A stretch of 64,000 nucleotides of DNA from Balanoglossus misakiensis. Lineage: Eukaryota > Animalia > Hemichordata. The position numbers were made by a program, and so were the translations under genes. This document shows, one piece after another, positions 1-13,064 of the stretch. The notes under the pieces are model-generated. The model made no database searches. It was not told the DNA's origin and saw only the letters and a program-made list of their open reading frames with translations. The DNA lies in the NCBI GenBank assembly GCA_040954595.2, contig CM082590.2, forward strand, positions 4,092,001 through 4,156,000, read 5' to 3'. Position 1 is the first letter of the stretch; every line of letters begins with the position of its first letter.

Positions 1-960
1 ATTTTAATACTGCAGATTAGTTCAAGGTTTTCATATCAAGCTACAGTACCTGAAAAAAAAAATTGTAATCGCTGACACCCCCCACCCCCAATCATTATCA
101 ATTAGAACACTTGGCTTCACACAGGTTGTTTGTTTACGATTGTGAAACACTGTTCACTAAATATGGTGCAGCATTTAATACTGCAAGTTAGTTCAAAGTT
201 TTCATATCAAGCTACAGTACCTGAAACAAAAATTTGTAATCACTGACACCCCCCTCCCCTGACACCCCCCACCCCCGATCATTACCAATTATAACACACC
301 ATGCAGCGAACCCTCGATCGTGATTCGTCAATATGACGTCACGTGACCTTAGTCATTTCGAACTGTTGCCTCGGGCATCAGTTCGATCGGTTTGGTGTGT
401 TTTAAAACACATGATGACTGACATATTCGGGCAACAGTGTATTTTTAATGACCTCTGGACTGCCAGTCACACCAAAACAGTCTGTTTTCCCTCGGGCTAT
501 GCCCTCGGGAAAACAAGACTGTTTTAGTTGTGACAAGCAGCACCCTCGGTCATCAAAATACACTGTTGCCCTCATTGTCAGTCATCATGTGTATACTGCA
601 GATTAGTTCAAAGTTTTCATATCAAGCTACAGTACCTGAAACAAAAATTTGTAATCACTGACACCCCCCAACCCTGACAACCCCCCACCCCCGATCATTT
701 CCACACAGGTTATTTGTTTATTTTGAAACACTGTTCACTTAAGAACACATGCTTGGTAAAATTATTAATGAAATTAATCACATCATGGTGCAGCATTTTA
801 ATACTGCAGGTTAGTTTAAAGTTCTCATATCAAGCTACAGTACCTGAAACAAAAATGTGTAATCACTGACAACCCCCTTCCCCCATCATTATCAATAAGA
901 ACACCTTGGTTTCACACAGGTTGTTTGTTTACAATTGTGAAACACTGTTCATGTTATAAC
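1..960. repeat. Degenerate tandem repeat, ~170-200 bp unit, ~4 copies
   Basis: ctgcag-ttagtt..ttcatatcaagctacagtacctgaaa recurs near 10, 180, 596, 805. Confidence 0.8.
291..595. mobile_element. ~300-bp non-autonomous interspersed element (second copy ~30063-30377)
   Basis: Near-identical to 30063-30377 (ataacacaccatgcagcgaaccctcgatc...gtcagtcatcatgtgtata); interrupts a tandem-repeat unit. Confidence 0.75.
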
Positions 961-1224
961 ACCACCAATTCCATAGTGTACAATTATTAACTAGTTTGAT
1001 AAATCAGAAACTTCTGAGTGCGTTGTTACTTATACGGTATTTCATGTTTGAGAGTGCAAGGTTATGACATCCCCAAATCTGACTGGCCAGGTCAGAATGG
1101 GAACACCCACATGTGTGCAAGTTTTAATAAAATACACCTGAGAGCATGACTGCACCCAGCAGATCACCCATTTACAAAGCTTTGTGTCATTACATGTGAG
1201 TATGATATTTTTATTTCTATAAGT

Positions 1225-1229
1225 ATCAC

Positions 1230-1264
<35 letters not shown>

Positions 1265-1700
1265 CCACCATCATCATCATCATCAGTATCACCATCTAAA
1301 CCATCATTATCACCATCTAAACCATTATCACCATCATCACCATCAGTATCACCATCATCACCATTATTATCACCATCATCACCATCATTATTATCACTAT
1401 TATCACCATCATTATTATCACTATTATCACCATCAGCATCACCATCACCACCATTATTATCACCATCATTATTATCACTATTATCACCATCAGTATCACC
1501 ATCACCACCATTATTATCACCATCATCATCACCATCACCACCACTATTATCACCATCAGTATCACCATCACCACCACTATTATCACCATCATCACCATCA
1601 TCATCACCATCACCACCATTATTATCTTAATCAGTATCACCAGTACCACCAGATTCACCATCATTGTCATCACTATTATCACCACCAGTATTATCATATT
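1225..1700. repeat. (CAT/CAC/TAT)n microsatellite
   Basis: Visible trinucleotide array; explains ORF 1317-1754. Confidence 0.95.
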
Positions 1701-3604
1701 CAACACCGCTATGTTACGGTTAAAACTGCTGTACCAGTTAGTACAGATCTCCATTTACCATGGTAACTGTATTTAAATTTGCATGCATGCATTTTGTCTG
1801 AAACACAGACGAACCCGTTACATGATATATTTTACATGTCAAGCAAAATGGCTGCTACATTTGTACATTAAAATGATACGAGGCAACAGGGATTCATATG
1901 TAGTGCATTCCTAGAAAAAAAAGAAAACTTTATTTAATTCATTTAATAACAGGCATATCAATGATATTTATCTATACCAGTCATAAATTTTCACCAACAG
2001 CTCTATGTACTAGGATCATTTTACCCTGGTTTGTACAAACACATTTGCTTTGCAAAACTCTGTACACAGAATCACAAAGTATGTAATGCCAACTATGCAT
2101 AAACATTAGGCTACCAATTCTGACGAATATTTCAGATGAATGTGACTGATTGTCTGGATGAAAATACATCTCTGTGTAACGTATATTTATGGTTAAATTA
2201 AACCTTTACTAACATTATTATTTCTGTTATTTTATACCACTACAACCACAATGCCAAAGCTAACGCTAGTAACAGATACAACATTACACCCATTATTCTG
2301 GAGTAAATTAAGACCACTAAGAAACAAATATTAACCACCTATACCACTCAAGACATATTCATTCTCCAACCTATTGCGTCTCAAAGCATCCTGAAGATTC
2401 ACCAAAACCAGACAATACCACATTGACATATGCTCTGCAGAAACTACTATTATTGGTGTCTTTCTTACACAGATTTAAAGAACTAATCATCATCATCATT
2501 GTTACTGTTTTTGTAACATCTTCATCATCATCATTGTCATCATCATCATCCTCATTATAATCATCATCATTATCATCATCATCATTGTAGTCATTATTTT
2601 TAGTTATTTTATTATGATCCTCCTATTATTCATCCTATTATTCCTAATCATTTTTTTTTCTCATATTACATTTGTCTTTCAATTGTCATTGATTTTAAGA
2701 ATATTACTGCTCCAATTTCAATGTGACTGGTGTGATCTTCCTCTTTGCCGTAATTTGCATTTGAACATCATGAAGTTAATCCAAACTGAATAGCAGATGC
2801 CTACCATGTCGTTTTTAATCCTCCCTACCTTAAATTGGTTTTAAGCTACCTAAGTGAGTGATGAAAATCTCATAATATGGCCGACACAATTTCAAGATGG
2901 CCGATTTTTCCCATGTTTAAGAAATGGGAGTTCATGAGCTAAAGTGATATTGAGTCTTTCTGAATCTTTGTAACAGAAAAAATAACAAAATGTGAAAAAA
3001 GTTTAATGAGTTTGATATGTTAAGTACAAAGACAGACATGTTTGACCAAAGGAAGTCATAACATACAGTAAACATATCATTTATTCTATCTCTTACTACA
3101 GTGAGTTGTCGACTTTTTACCCAGAATGCAATTATTATTATGTGATTTGACCCCCTAGCACAAAGTGAACACCTATTAAAGGCAGCCAGAATTCTGCACC
3201 ATCTGCCAATTATGCAATATTTGAGCTGTCAAGTAAAACAATAAAGTAAATCGTATAAAAATTTTTACTTCCCTGCTCAAAGATTGGCTGCAATAATGTA
3301 CATCCATTTCTGTAATCTTCAACTTTTTCCCACAAGTCCTGTCGGCTAGATCACATGGAAAGTTCCTCCTGCAATTTAAGAAAGTTGAAAACAATTTTGA
3401 GCACAAAATAAAACTTTCAAAAAATATAGAAATCATGGGTAAGAGGAACTCATATGTTTTCATCTTCAAATTTGTATACAGTTGTTTATAAAACTGTTGC
3501 CAGTTCTCATCCACATATAAAAATGAGATAACTACAGAGCCTTATATTATAATCCTAAATTTTAAAATTTAGGAGAACATTTACTATAGTTCTAAGCAGG
3601 AAAG

Positions 3605-3957
3605 TTAAAGGACAAAGTCTCTCTTTGCTACCCTTTTCCCATTAATTATGTTTGATACAAGACACCGTTTATGTTAATGTATATGTGGATATATAGTGAA
3701 TCAACGTTCAACCACACACACCTTCCATCCCGCTTGTAGACATTAGAGTGAAAAACTCGCCAAAATGAATAATCAGTGTCTACCATTTATTCATTTTGGG
3801 TGAGCTTTCACTCTCATATCATACAAGTGGTATGGAATTTGTGTGTTGTTGAACGTACATTCACTACATATACAAATGTTCATTAACATAAACAGTGTGT
3901 TGTATCAAACCTAATTAATGGGAAAAGGGCAGGGAGAGAGAGACTTTGTCCGTTTAA
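3605..3957. mobile_element. Palindromic MITE with TTAA ends (Kolobok-like); relatives at 44256-44610, 45030-45228, 52880-53174
   Basis: ttaa|aggacaaagtctctct...agagagactttgtccgt|ttaa; near full-length inverted symmetry. Confidence 0.8.
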
Positions 3958-4574
3958 CTTCCTAGGCTGAGAATACTGAAATACTTGAATAGACGCAGAC
4001 ATGGTCAATTGTCAATAGTCTCCTCAGTAAAAGCCCAGAAAATGTTACCACAGGCAGTTCAACATTAAGATGATACAGTTGGTGTTTGAATCAAGGGTGC
4101 TATTCTTTGGAACTTTATGCAAATGTGCAATTCAGATCATTGACTCAGAACAGCAGCTCACATTGTAAAATATTGGAAAATGCTTCACAAATCATCATTG
4201 ATAATCATGATCACACCGAAAAAAGATTAGATAGCACAATTTTATTCCTACACTTTACATGGGGTGTAGTTGCAGTGCAGTGTACAGACTAAAACTGCAA
4301 TGGAATTCTCTGCAATTCTTACTCTCAATCTTGCCTTACTTTATGAATATTTTGTATACTAGTATGATTGTCATAATGGCAACAGAAAAAATGTCCCTCT
4401 CATTATCAAAAGGCCCTTAAAGTGGAGACCACCGGCAAAAATGACCTCAAATCTCTGATCCTAGATTCACCACTGCACAAACACACATTGTGTCCGCTGT
4501 GGAAAAATCCTATTGACAGGCTAAAAATATTGTGTATGGAGACATTTACATAACCAAAACAAAAAAGTCCCACT

Positions 4575-5565
4575 ATTTATACAAAGTATGTTATCAGTGA
4601 CCAGATGTGTTTGCCAACCTTTATATGCCAAGGTTCAGAAGCGCAGCTGCAGCTGTTTCTGAGATCTAGGTGAACAAAAAATTAAAATGACTCAAGAAAA
4701 AAGAAGAAAAAACTCCAGTAATTACAGTAGATTAATTAAGACCCAAAACACCAAAAATTGCCCTAAGAACACAAATTTCACCAACACTTTTCATTACCTA
4801 CTTGAGTTCCCACATGATAATTCCCACAAAATGTCACAGCAATATTGCTTCAAAAGTGGTAAAAACACAAGAATGCAAATATCACCAGAATTGTACAATG
4901 TCTTACTTCAATCACCTTAAGGAATATGCCTACAAAAATTCAAAGCAATCTGACAAACGGTTTCATAGAAAACAATTTTTTGTGCAAAATCCCCCATAAT
5001 TGCCCCAAGAACACAAATATGGAAATTTCACCAACAAGGTATGTACGACAGCTTACTTTGGTTATCCCTAGGAACATGCCTACCAAAATCCTAATGATTC
5101 TGGACAAGAGGTTTCAGAGAAATGATTTTTTTACCAAAAATCATAAAAATTACCCAAAAATTACAAATATGCAAATTATGCAACAAACTGGAAAAAATGA
5201 CTTAGATTACCTATTGGAAGCTTCATAATAAATTTTAAAGCAATCAACCCATGATTGTTTACAGTCTATAATATAAAAAAAGACTAAAATCTTCATAAAA
5301 ATAGAAAATTCATGATATTAACTAAAAACTTTGAGGACTGTGTGAGGTTCAGTGGTTGACATAAGGTACATGCATACCAATTTTCAAAGCAATTTGCCCA
5401 ATAGTTGTTGAGTTCCAGAGTTTTGACCAATTTCACATTTTCAAGCTAATTTGCATATTTTTGAGAATGTCAACTTCGTTTATATCCACCAAATATCAAG
5501 GTGATATGCAAAGTGGTTTCCAAGTTTTTTTATTTGGAATGACATACATACCATGGGACCTTAAC
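4575..5565. mobile_element. AT-rich ~1-kb interspersed repeat (DINE/Helentron-like), related copy ~28900-29905
   Basis: Shared blocks (gaccaatttcacatttt..gctaatttgcatatttt; gacatacatacc..tgggac); terminal hairpin in the second copy. Confidence 0.55.
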
Positions 5566-7303
5566 ACAATGTTTCAGTCAACTTTATGAGCGTTGCTACT
5601 CTAGTGAAATTCAAGTTGTAATTGCTCGGATAGAAATTTGTCTAGTCATGCTTTATATGGATAGTTTTGGTTAGCTATGGAACTACTGACTATTTGGCTT
5701 GTTGTGTGAATACGACTATGAGTAAACATTCATACAAACTCGTTATTATGATATAAAAAGCCTAAAAATGCATCTGAAACCAAATTGTTCGCTTACTATG
5801 AATATGTGTAATAAAATTGAATCCTTCGTCAGTGCTGGCCGGGGTCACAAATTATGTCACAGCATGTTTTTTCGTAAACACGATATTAAATTTAATTAAA
5901 AAGGAACTAATGTACTCACTGAAACGTTCAAGTCGACCAACGATATTCCATGCACTCTGTGTAACATCTTCAGAGGGACTCCACTGTCAAACGCGCACAC
6001 AAATCATAATATTCTCGTCAGAGAGATAAAGTCCGCCATGACACCTTGTGACGCCATCGTGTAAAATTCCATTACGTTGGACAACTTCCACTGCCTGCGC
6101 TAGAAATACACAAGAAACTTGAACTGTTCATGATAAAACTTGCACCTGGACCTCTGGCGAATACTTGGAACCAGTATTTCAGGAATAATATTCCATTTTG
6201 AGGGCTTCGCGCTCCATTCAATCCGAGCGATGGAAGTCAGAAATTCAAATCGCCCCGCCATGACACCACGACTATACAGCGCCGCCAACGCCACCTTTTG
6301 TTTTTGTCTCTTCACAGCTCCGAGTCAGCTGGCTCCAAGTACGAGTGTTCATTGCAAGCCGTGTAATATATAAGGCCACATGGGCCAGACTGCTATGAAA
6401 GTTTCCCCGGGCAGTGTATCTAATACAGTGGATGTTATATAGCGATTCCCTTTCGCTACAGTCACGGTGACGAGCAAAGCCATCCTTTCCTTTTAGCGTA
6501 TAGCGCAGTCAGCGTGGGAATGGGCGGGGGAACAGACCAGTACTGGAAAGTAAAACTGTAAAAGTAAAACGTCTTTTCATATTTTAATAGACGAACTCTG
6601 CAAAAGTTTTATTCCCAAACATGAATTTTGAGATATTTAAAACTTGTATTTGATAGCAATTTAGGCCTACACTGGCCTACAGAATCAACATTTTTTTCAC
6701 ATCGAGTAGGCTCGGATGCGTAACATTATGTACCGATCATGCCGATTTTGGAGAGAAAATTGTCCCCAAATGGCAAATATTTCCCTCAGCCCATAATTGG
6801 TGGGATAAATTCGTAGAGTCTGGTCGGAATGTCGGTTGATGAAGAGATGGGAACACGAGTAGAGTAGATTTAAACGCCAATGATAGGCCAATGACTTTAT
6901 TTCAAAAAGAATCAACCGTGGATATACTGGACAAGGCCTGTAGTCCAGGCTGGACCCCACTCTGGAACGAACTCCTTTAGTGTAGAACAGGGTGTAGAAT
7001 GAACTGAAATGTGTTGGAACCCCCTGACTTTAGGAGCTGAAATCCACTCCTTTGTATATGCTGTAAAAGACAATAAATTTTCGCGAAATACGCGAGAGCC
7101 AAAATAGCGTGAAAATAAAAAGTCGCGTAATTTTTTTTGAAGATGACGATGCAGTGAATGAAATAAGAGAACGCGAATATTAAAACTCGGGAATTAGTGG
7201 GGCAGTTAACCAAAAAATCGTGCACTTTGGGTTAAAAGCATGAAACTTGGTACACTTATGCATTGACCCATGGCGGCCATTTTATGATATGGATCCAAAA
7301 TGA

Positions 7304-7321
7304 CAGCGCCCTCTTGTGGCC
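7304..7321 (-). promoter_or_regulatory. CTCF-like motif
   Basis: Reverse complement GGCCACAAGAGGGCGCTG matches the CTCF consensus CCACYAGRGGGCGC closely. Confidence 0.45.
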
Positions 7322-8445
7322 AGAAACTGACATTCACACTTTCCCCCCATTAATGGCACTTTTTGGTCATTTGTAACACTCAGAAACAGGAATGTGGGTT
7401 GTAAAACATGCTTGCTACCATACATTCATGTGTATATTATCCTAATCCTGATATTATTAAAGTGTAAACATCTTCTGCATCTAAACGACCCGTTTTCAGA
7501 AATTCGAGTATGATACGATTATAACCAAATTTCTTCCAGGAATTCTGAGTTTAATTTCCATCACACTGTTTAGTAACATCCCATGGGAAATGAATCAGCA
7601 TTTAGGATAAACTATTTGCAAGCCACTGAAAAGACTGGAAAGACAGATGCGCCCTCATAGTTGTATTGAATGATTGATTTTCCTTTATCTAGTTTCCTTT
7701 TGTGTACATTTTTTCGAGTGTTCGTAATTTTCTGTTTGATGTTTATTTTTCCCTTTGGTGTTTTGTTTTTAACTGTCACAGAGGTTATTAATAAAACGTC
7801 ACAGATGTTTCCTTATTGGCCTAGCTTTGAGTTTAAATTCATAATGGCTGTGTGAGGGCGCTAGATTTATGGAAAGGGTGTACACCACTTTGCAGGTTCT
7901 AAGTTGGACTTGTCTGGTCGCCTGCCCCATTTCTGTAGCATGGCTGCATTGTGTTACATGAAAAGGTCAAGTAAGGGAAAAACCATTCGATTTCAGGGGG
8001 GTTAAGGATTTTGGTATGTGATCCAGTTATTTTCACCCTGTATGTTTACAGCATTTTTTTCTATTGCCAGACCTACTTTTTTTCTCAATGCATTGCAGAA
8101 GGTATACTCAGAAATCATAAAAAATTCAATTCAATATTTTTTTTCATTTGCCCCTCTGGGCAGTTTGCCGTGAAATAAAAAATCTCAAATATGAGTTCTA
8201 ATTTTTTGATGCCAAAAATGTATTTTGAAATTTTCCATGAATCTGTCCAATGAACTACTAGGCGTAGGAATGTTTACAACAGATATAAAATGAATATTTC
8301 AGCATTAAATTTTTAATAATATCTTCATCCTAAGAGCATCAATCATACATTTTGATAAAAGTAAAAAAAAATACAAGACATTGGTATGACTTGTTTAATT
8401 AGAACCTTTTATGTTGTATGTGTGTATGTACTGGTATGTGTATTT

Positions 8446-8565
8446 TATGTATGTATGTATGTATGTATGTATGTATGTATGTATGTATGTATGTATGTAT
8501 GTATGTATGTATGTATGTATGCATGCATGCATGCATGCATGTATGTATGTATGTATGTATGTATG
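8446..8565. repeat. (TATG)n microsatellite
   Basis: Direct observation. Confidence 0.95.
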
Positions 8566-9442
8566 AACCAATCTATGTATAGAATAAAAACATTACACCG
8601 TCACGCTACAATTAGTCAATAATCTTTACCCTTCCCATGGCTAAGATACGAAAATGGCGTCTATGCACCCATCTCTCTACTTTGCATACATAACACTTCA
8701 ATAAACAGCCACAGACATTCAGTGCTGAGTGAAGAAGCAAAATTCTTCTGACTGTTGTTTCTTCATGTTGGAAAGAAGTTTCTCTATTTGAAATCCCTTA
8801 TTTTCCGATCAAATTTTTCAAGATCATTTCAGTTTTTTTAAATTGTGACAATTATACTTAAATAGAGTTTAAGTAAGTATGAATTTGTGGTGAACATTTG
8901 GTGGACTTCCAGTCACCCATTTTTAAATGAAAATAGAAAACATAAAATTCATACTCTCCCTGTCAAAAAAGGTTTCCAAAGATAGGTAACAATTTTAGCA
9001 TTTTTACCCATTGTTGATGAGTTGCCATCTGTGAAGAGAACGAACTTTGTGAAAAGAAGGGATTTTGAATAATGTACTTGTGCAAACATTATATTGTATG
9101 TGTATTGGACAACAAAATGCCTTGGAAAGCAATACCATTCTACGGACATTATTCTACACTCATTTCAGTATTTTCTTTAGAAAACTGTCTTCCACTAGCA
9201 ATTTTCTGGTTAACATAAAAAAGTAATTAATTCCAAGAAATCTTTCATCGCTCATGAAAATCTCCCAAAATTAATGACCTAACCAATCAACTGAAAAAAA
9301 AACTGAATATAGAATGTTAGCTATTGTGTTTATGCAATTTCTGAGTAGATATTTTGCAATAAAGGAAGCTTCCTTATGGACTTGCTAAGTATATTTTTTT
9401 TGGTTTGTTTGACAAGATATTGTCTATACGAATGAGCTTTGA

Positions 9443-11590
9443 CCATTCTTGCATTCATGTCCATGTACATGATGTGTCTATAGACATATTGTGACAGACA
9501 AATTATTACAACTCTGGTATTCTGTTTACAATGTACTGACTTCAAGTAAAGTTGTTCACATTGACTTCATAAATGATCTGTGTCCATTCTTGCATTCATG
9601 TCCATGTACGTGATGTGTCCATAGACATATTGTGATCAGACAAATTATTACAACTCTGGTATTCTGTTTACAATGTACTGACTTCAAGTAAAGTTGTTCA
9701 CATTGACTTCATAAATGATCTGTGTCCATTCTTGCATTCATGTCCATGTACGTGATGTGTCCATAGACATATTGTGATCAGACAAATTATTACAACTCTG
9801 GTATTCTGTTTACAATGTACTGACTTCAAGTAAAGTTGTTCACATTGACTTCATAAATGATCTGTGTCCATTCTTGCATTCATGTCCATGTACATGATGT
9901 GTCTATAGACATATTGTGATCAGACAAATTATTACAACTCTGGTATTCTGTTTACAATGTACTGACTTCAAGTAAAGTTGTTCACATTGACTTCATAAAT
10001 GATCTGTGTCCATTCTTCCATTCATGTCCATGTACGTGATGTGTCTATAGACATTTTGTGATCAGACAAATTATTACAACTCTGGTATTCTGTTTACAAT
10101 GTACTGACTTCAAGTAAAGTTGTTCACATTGACTTCATAAATGATCTGTGTCCATTCTTGCATTCATGTCCATGTACGTGATGTGTCTATAGACATATTG
10201 TGATCAGACAAATTATTACAACTCTGGTATTCTGTTTACAATGTACTGACTTCAAGTAAAGTTGTTCACATTGACTTCATAAATGATCTGTGTCCATTCT
10301 TGCATTCATGTCCATGTACGTGATGTGTCCATAGACATATTGTGATCAGACAAATTATTACAACTCTGGTATTCTGTTTACAATGTACTGACTTCAAGTA
10401 AAGTTGTTCACATTGACTTCATAAATGTCTGTGTCCATTCTTGCATTCATGTCCATGTACGTGATGTGTCCATAGACATATTGTGATCAGACAAATTATT
10501 ACAACTCTGGTATTCTGTTTACAATGTACTGACTTCAAGTAAAGTTGTTCACATTGACTTCATAAATGATCTGTGTCCATTCTTGCATTCATGTCCACGT
10601 ACGTGATGTGTCTATAGACATATTGTGATCAGACAAATTATTACAACTCTGGTATTCTGTTTACAATGTACTGACTTCAAGTAAAGTTGGTCACATTGAC
10701 TTCATAAATGATCTGTGTCCATTCTTGCATTCATGTCCATGTACGTGATGTGTCTATAGACATATTGTGATCAGACAAATTATTACAACTCTGGTATTCT
10801 GTTTACAATGTACTGACTTCAAGTAAAGTTGTTCACATTGACTTCATAAATGATCTGTGTCCATTCTTGCATTCATGTCCATGTACGTGATGTGTCTATA
10901 GACATATTGTGATCAGACAAATTATTACAACTCTGGTATTCTGTTTACAATGTACTTCAAGTAAAGTTGTTCACATTGACTTCGTAAATGATCTGTGTCC
11001 ATTCTTGCATTCATGTCCATGTACGTGATGTGTCTATAGACATATTGTGATCAGACAAATTATTACAACTCTGGTATTCTGTTTACAATGTACTGACTTC
11101 AAGTAAAGTTGTTCACATTGACTTCATAAATGATCTGTGTCCATTCTTGCATTCATGTCCATGTACGTGATGTGTCTATAGACATATTGTGATCAGACAA
11201 ATTATTACAACTCTGGTATTCTGTTTACAATTTACTGACTTCAAGTAACGTTGTTCACATTGACTTCATAAATGATCTGTGCCCATTCTTGCATTCAGAC
11301 ATTTTGTGATAAGACAAATTATTACAACTCTGGTATTCTGTTTACAATGTATACATACTGACTTCAAGTAATGTTGTTCACATTGACTTCATAAATGATC
11401 TGTGTCCATTCTTGCATTCATGTCCATGTACGTGATGTGTCTATAGACATATTGTGATCAGACAAATTATTACAACTCTGGTATTCTGTTTACAATGTAC
11501 TGACTTCAAGTAAAGTTGTTCACATTGACTTCATAAATGATCTGTGTCCATTCTTGCATTCATGTCCATGTGATGTGTCCATAGGCATAT
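9443..11590. repeat. 142-bp tandem satellite, ~15 near-identical copies
   Basis: ccattcttgcattcatgtccatgtac at 9443, 9584, 9726, 9868... Confidence 0.95.
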
Positions 11591-11687
11591 CGAGACGAGG
11601 ACAGATTAAACTCCAGTGTTTGCCCCAGAAATTATAATGGTGGCAAATTTGCATAGAAATAATTGTTATGCCCATGATGTTATCTGT

Positions 11688-13064
11688 TCATTTCGTTTGT
11701 GTTTTCGCAATTTCTTCGAACATCTCTTCAATCAACGCTACCATGTCGTCTCTTCCCATGGTCTTGAAAATTGCCAACAGATTCTCAAAGTTGCTTTCGT
11801 AGAGGGGTCCCTCTACACATGGATACTTCTGTCTTGCTGTTTTCTGAGCCTTCGCTTCTTCACTTGAATCTTGCGGGGGTGACGATGTTGATGACAGTGA
11901 CATTTTTGCCATACGACCTTTGGTGGCATCGATGTCATGTGACATGGCTCTGGCACCTGCAGCTGTAGTTGTGTCTTTTCCACTTTGATGTTGTTTCCTC
12001 TCAGCACATATACGACACCACTCTTTGAAGATGTACTCTGTAACTGGTCTGCCTGCCCGACCTGCAATCTCTTCAAATCCCATGGTATCCTGGCACTTAA
12101 TGCCCATCAAATCTGCCATGCGGCCATAGCTCAGAGAAGGATCACGTTGAACTTCCATTCTCCTTGTCAGTTTTCTTCTGGTTTCTTCAAGCATCCATTT
12201 GATATCACAGCGTTTCCACTTCCTTCGTAAGATCGCTGTGTCATGACCTTGACAAAGCAGGTCACAAACATATTCTGCTTTACCAACTTTTTGGTTGTAC
12301 ACTTTCTTTCCCATGTCTTCTGCACGTAGCACCTCATCGAGAGTGTAAAACTCTACTTTTTCCATGTTGTTGTGGTTTGCAAGAGAATCTGCACTCAGGA
12401 TAAGCTGATTCATCCTGTTGCCTGGACATGCGATTGAGAAGACATCCTGTATGTCTTTGGAAACCATCTCAAGAAGCTTGTAGCCCTTCCCAATCGACTT
12501 CTTGTCGTCAACTCGTACGCAGACATTGACTGCCCTTCTGCCATTGGTCATAAAGACAAGACCTTCAACATCATGGCACACTTTGATACCATTTTTCCAT
12601 AAGCCACTGGGCGGCTGGCCAAGCTCTGTGAAATGCTTATATAGACGGGTCTGTAATCTTGGGAAAAAGCCTGCCGTGAAGGAATCTGTTTCATCGTGGC
12701 ATTCAAAACGTCTTCCAAGGTAGATGGTCTTCATTCGGCTCACCTCCCATTGACCTTCAGGCATATCGTCGTCTTGAAGCCCTGGTATGACGAAAAGTTT
12801 CTCTCCCGTCTCTGTGATATCATGTGCTTGACAGAGAAGCTCAAAATCCTCTAGAAGGTCGACGATCAGTTGGCTGTTAACATCTTCACCAAGTACATCT
12901 TCGATCTTGTCAATTGACTGAAAACAATCTCTCTTGAACCTGGAACTGAATTGTGCAAATAAAGGGGTAGCCAACATTGGTCCAAACATCCTGGAACACA
13001 ACCAGTTTGGATCCAATACCACGACATCTTTTCTTTCTAGAGATGACTTCTTCACAAACAAAAG
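11688..13064 (-). CDS. Terminal exon: COR + death domain
   Basis: ttacag acceptor; within 483-aa ORF; [29 protein letters not shown]; C-terminal [19 protein letters not shown] death-domain helix pattern. Confidence 0.93.
   Translation of the reverse strand, partial: LLFVKKSSLERKDVVVLDPNWLCSRMFGPMLATPLFAQFSSRFKRDCFQSIDKIEDVLGEDVNSQLIVDLLEDFELLCQAHDITETGEKLFVIPGLQDDDMPEGQWEVSRMKTIYLGRRFECHDETDSFTAGFFPRLQTRLYKHFTELGQPPSGLWKNGIKVCHDVEGLVFMTNGRRAVNVCVRVDDKKSIGKGYKLLEMVSKDIQDVFSIACPGNRMNQLILSADSLANHNNMEKVEFYTLDEVLRAEDMGKKVYNQKVGKAEYVCDLLCQGHDTAILRRKWKRCDIKWMLEETRRKLTRRMEVQRDPSLSYGRMADLMGIKCQDTMGFEEIAGRAGRPVTEYIFKEWCRICAERKQHQSGKDTTTAAGARAMSHDIDATKGRMAKMSLSSTSSPPQDSSEEAKAQKTARQKYPCVEGPLYESNFENLLAIFKTMGRDDMVALIEEMFEEIAKTQTK

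Noticed and set aside
1317-1754. 145-aa hydrophobic M/V/I ORF
   Set aside because: Translation of a (CAT)n microsatellite
9443-11590. CRISPR-like array
   Set aside because: Units are fully repeated with no unique spacers, no cas genes, eukaryotic context
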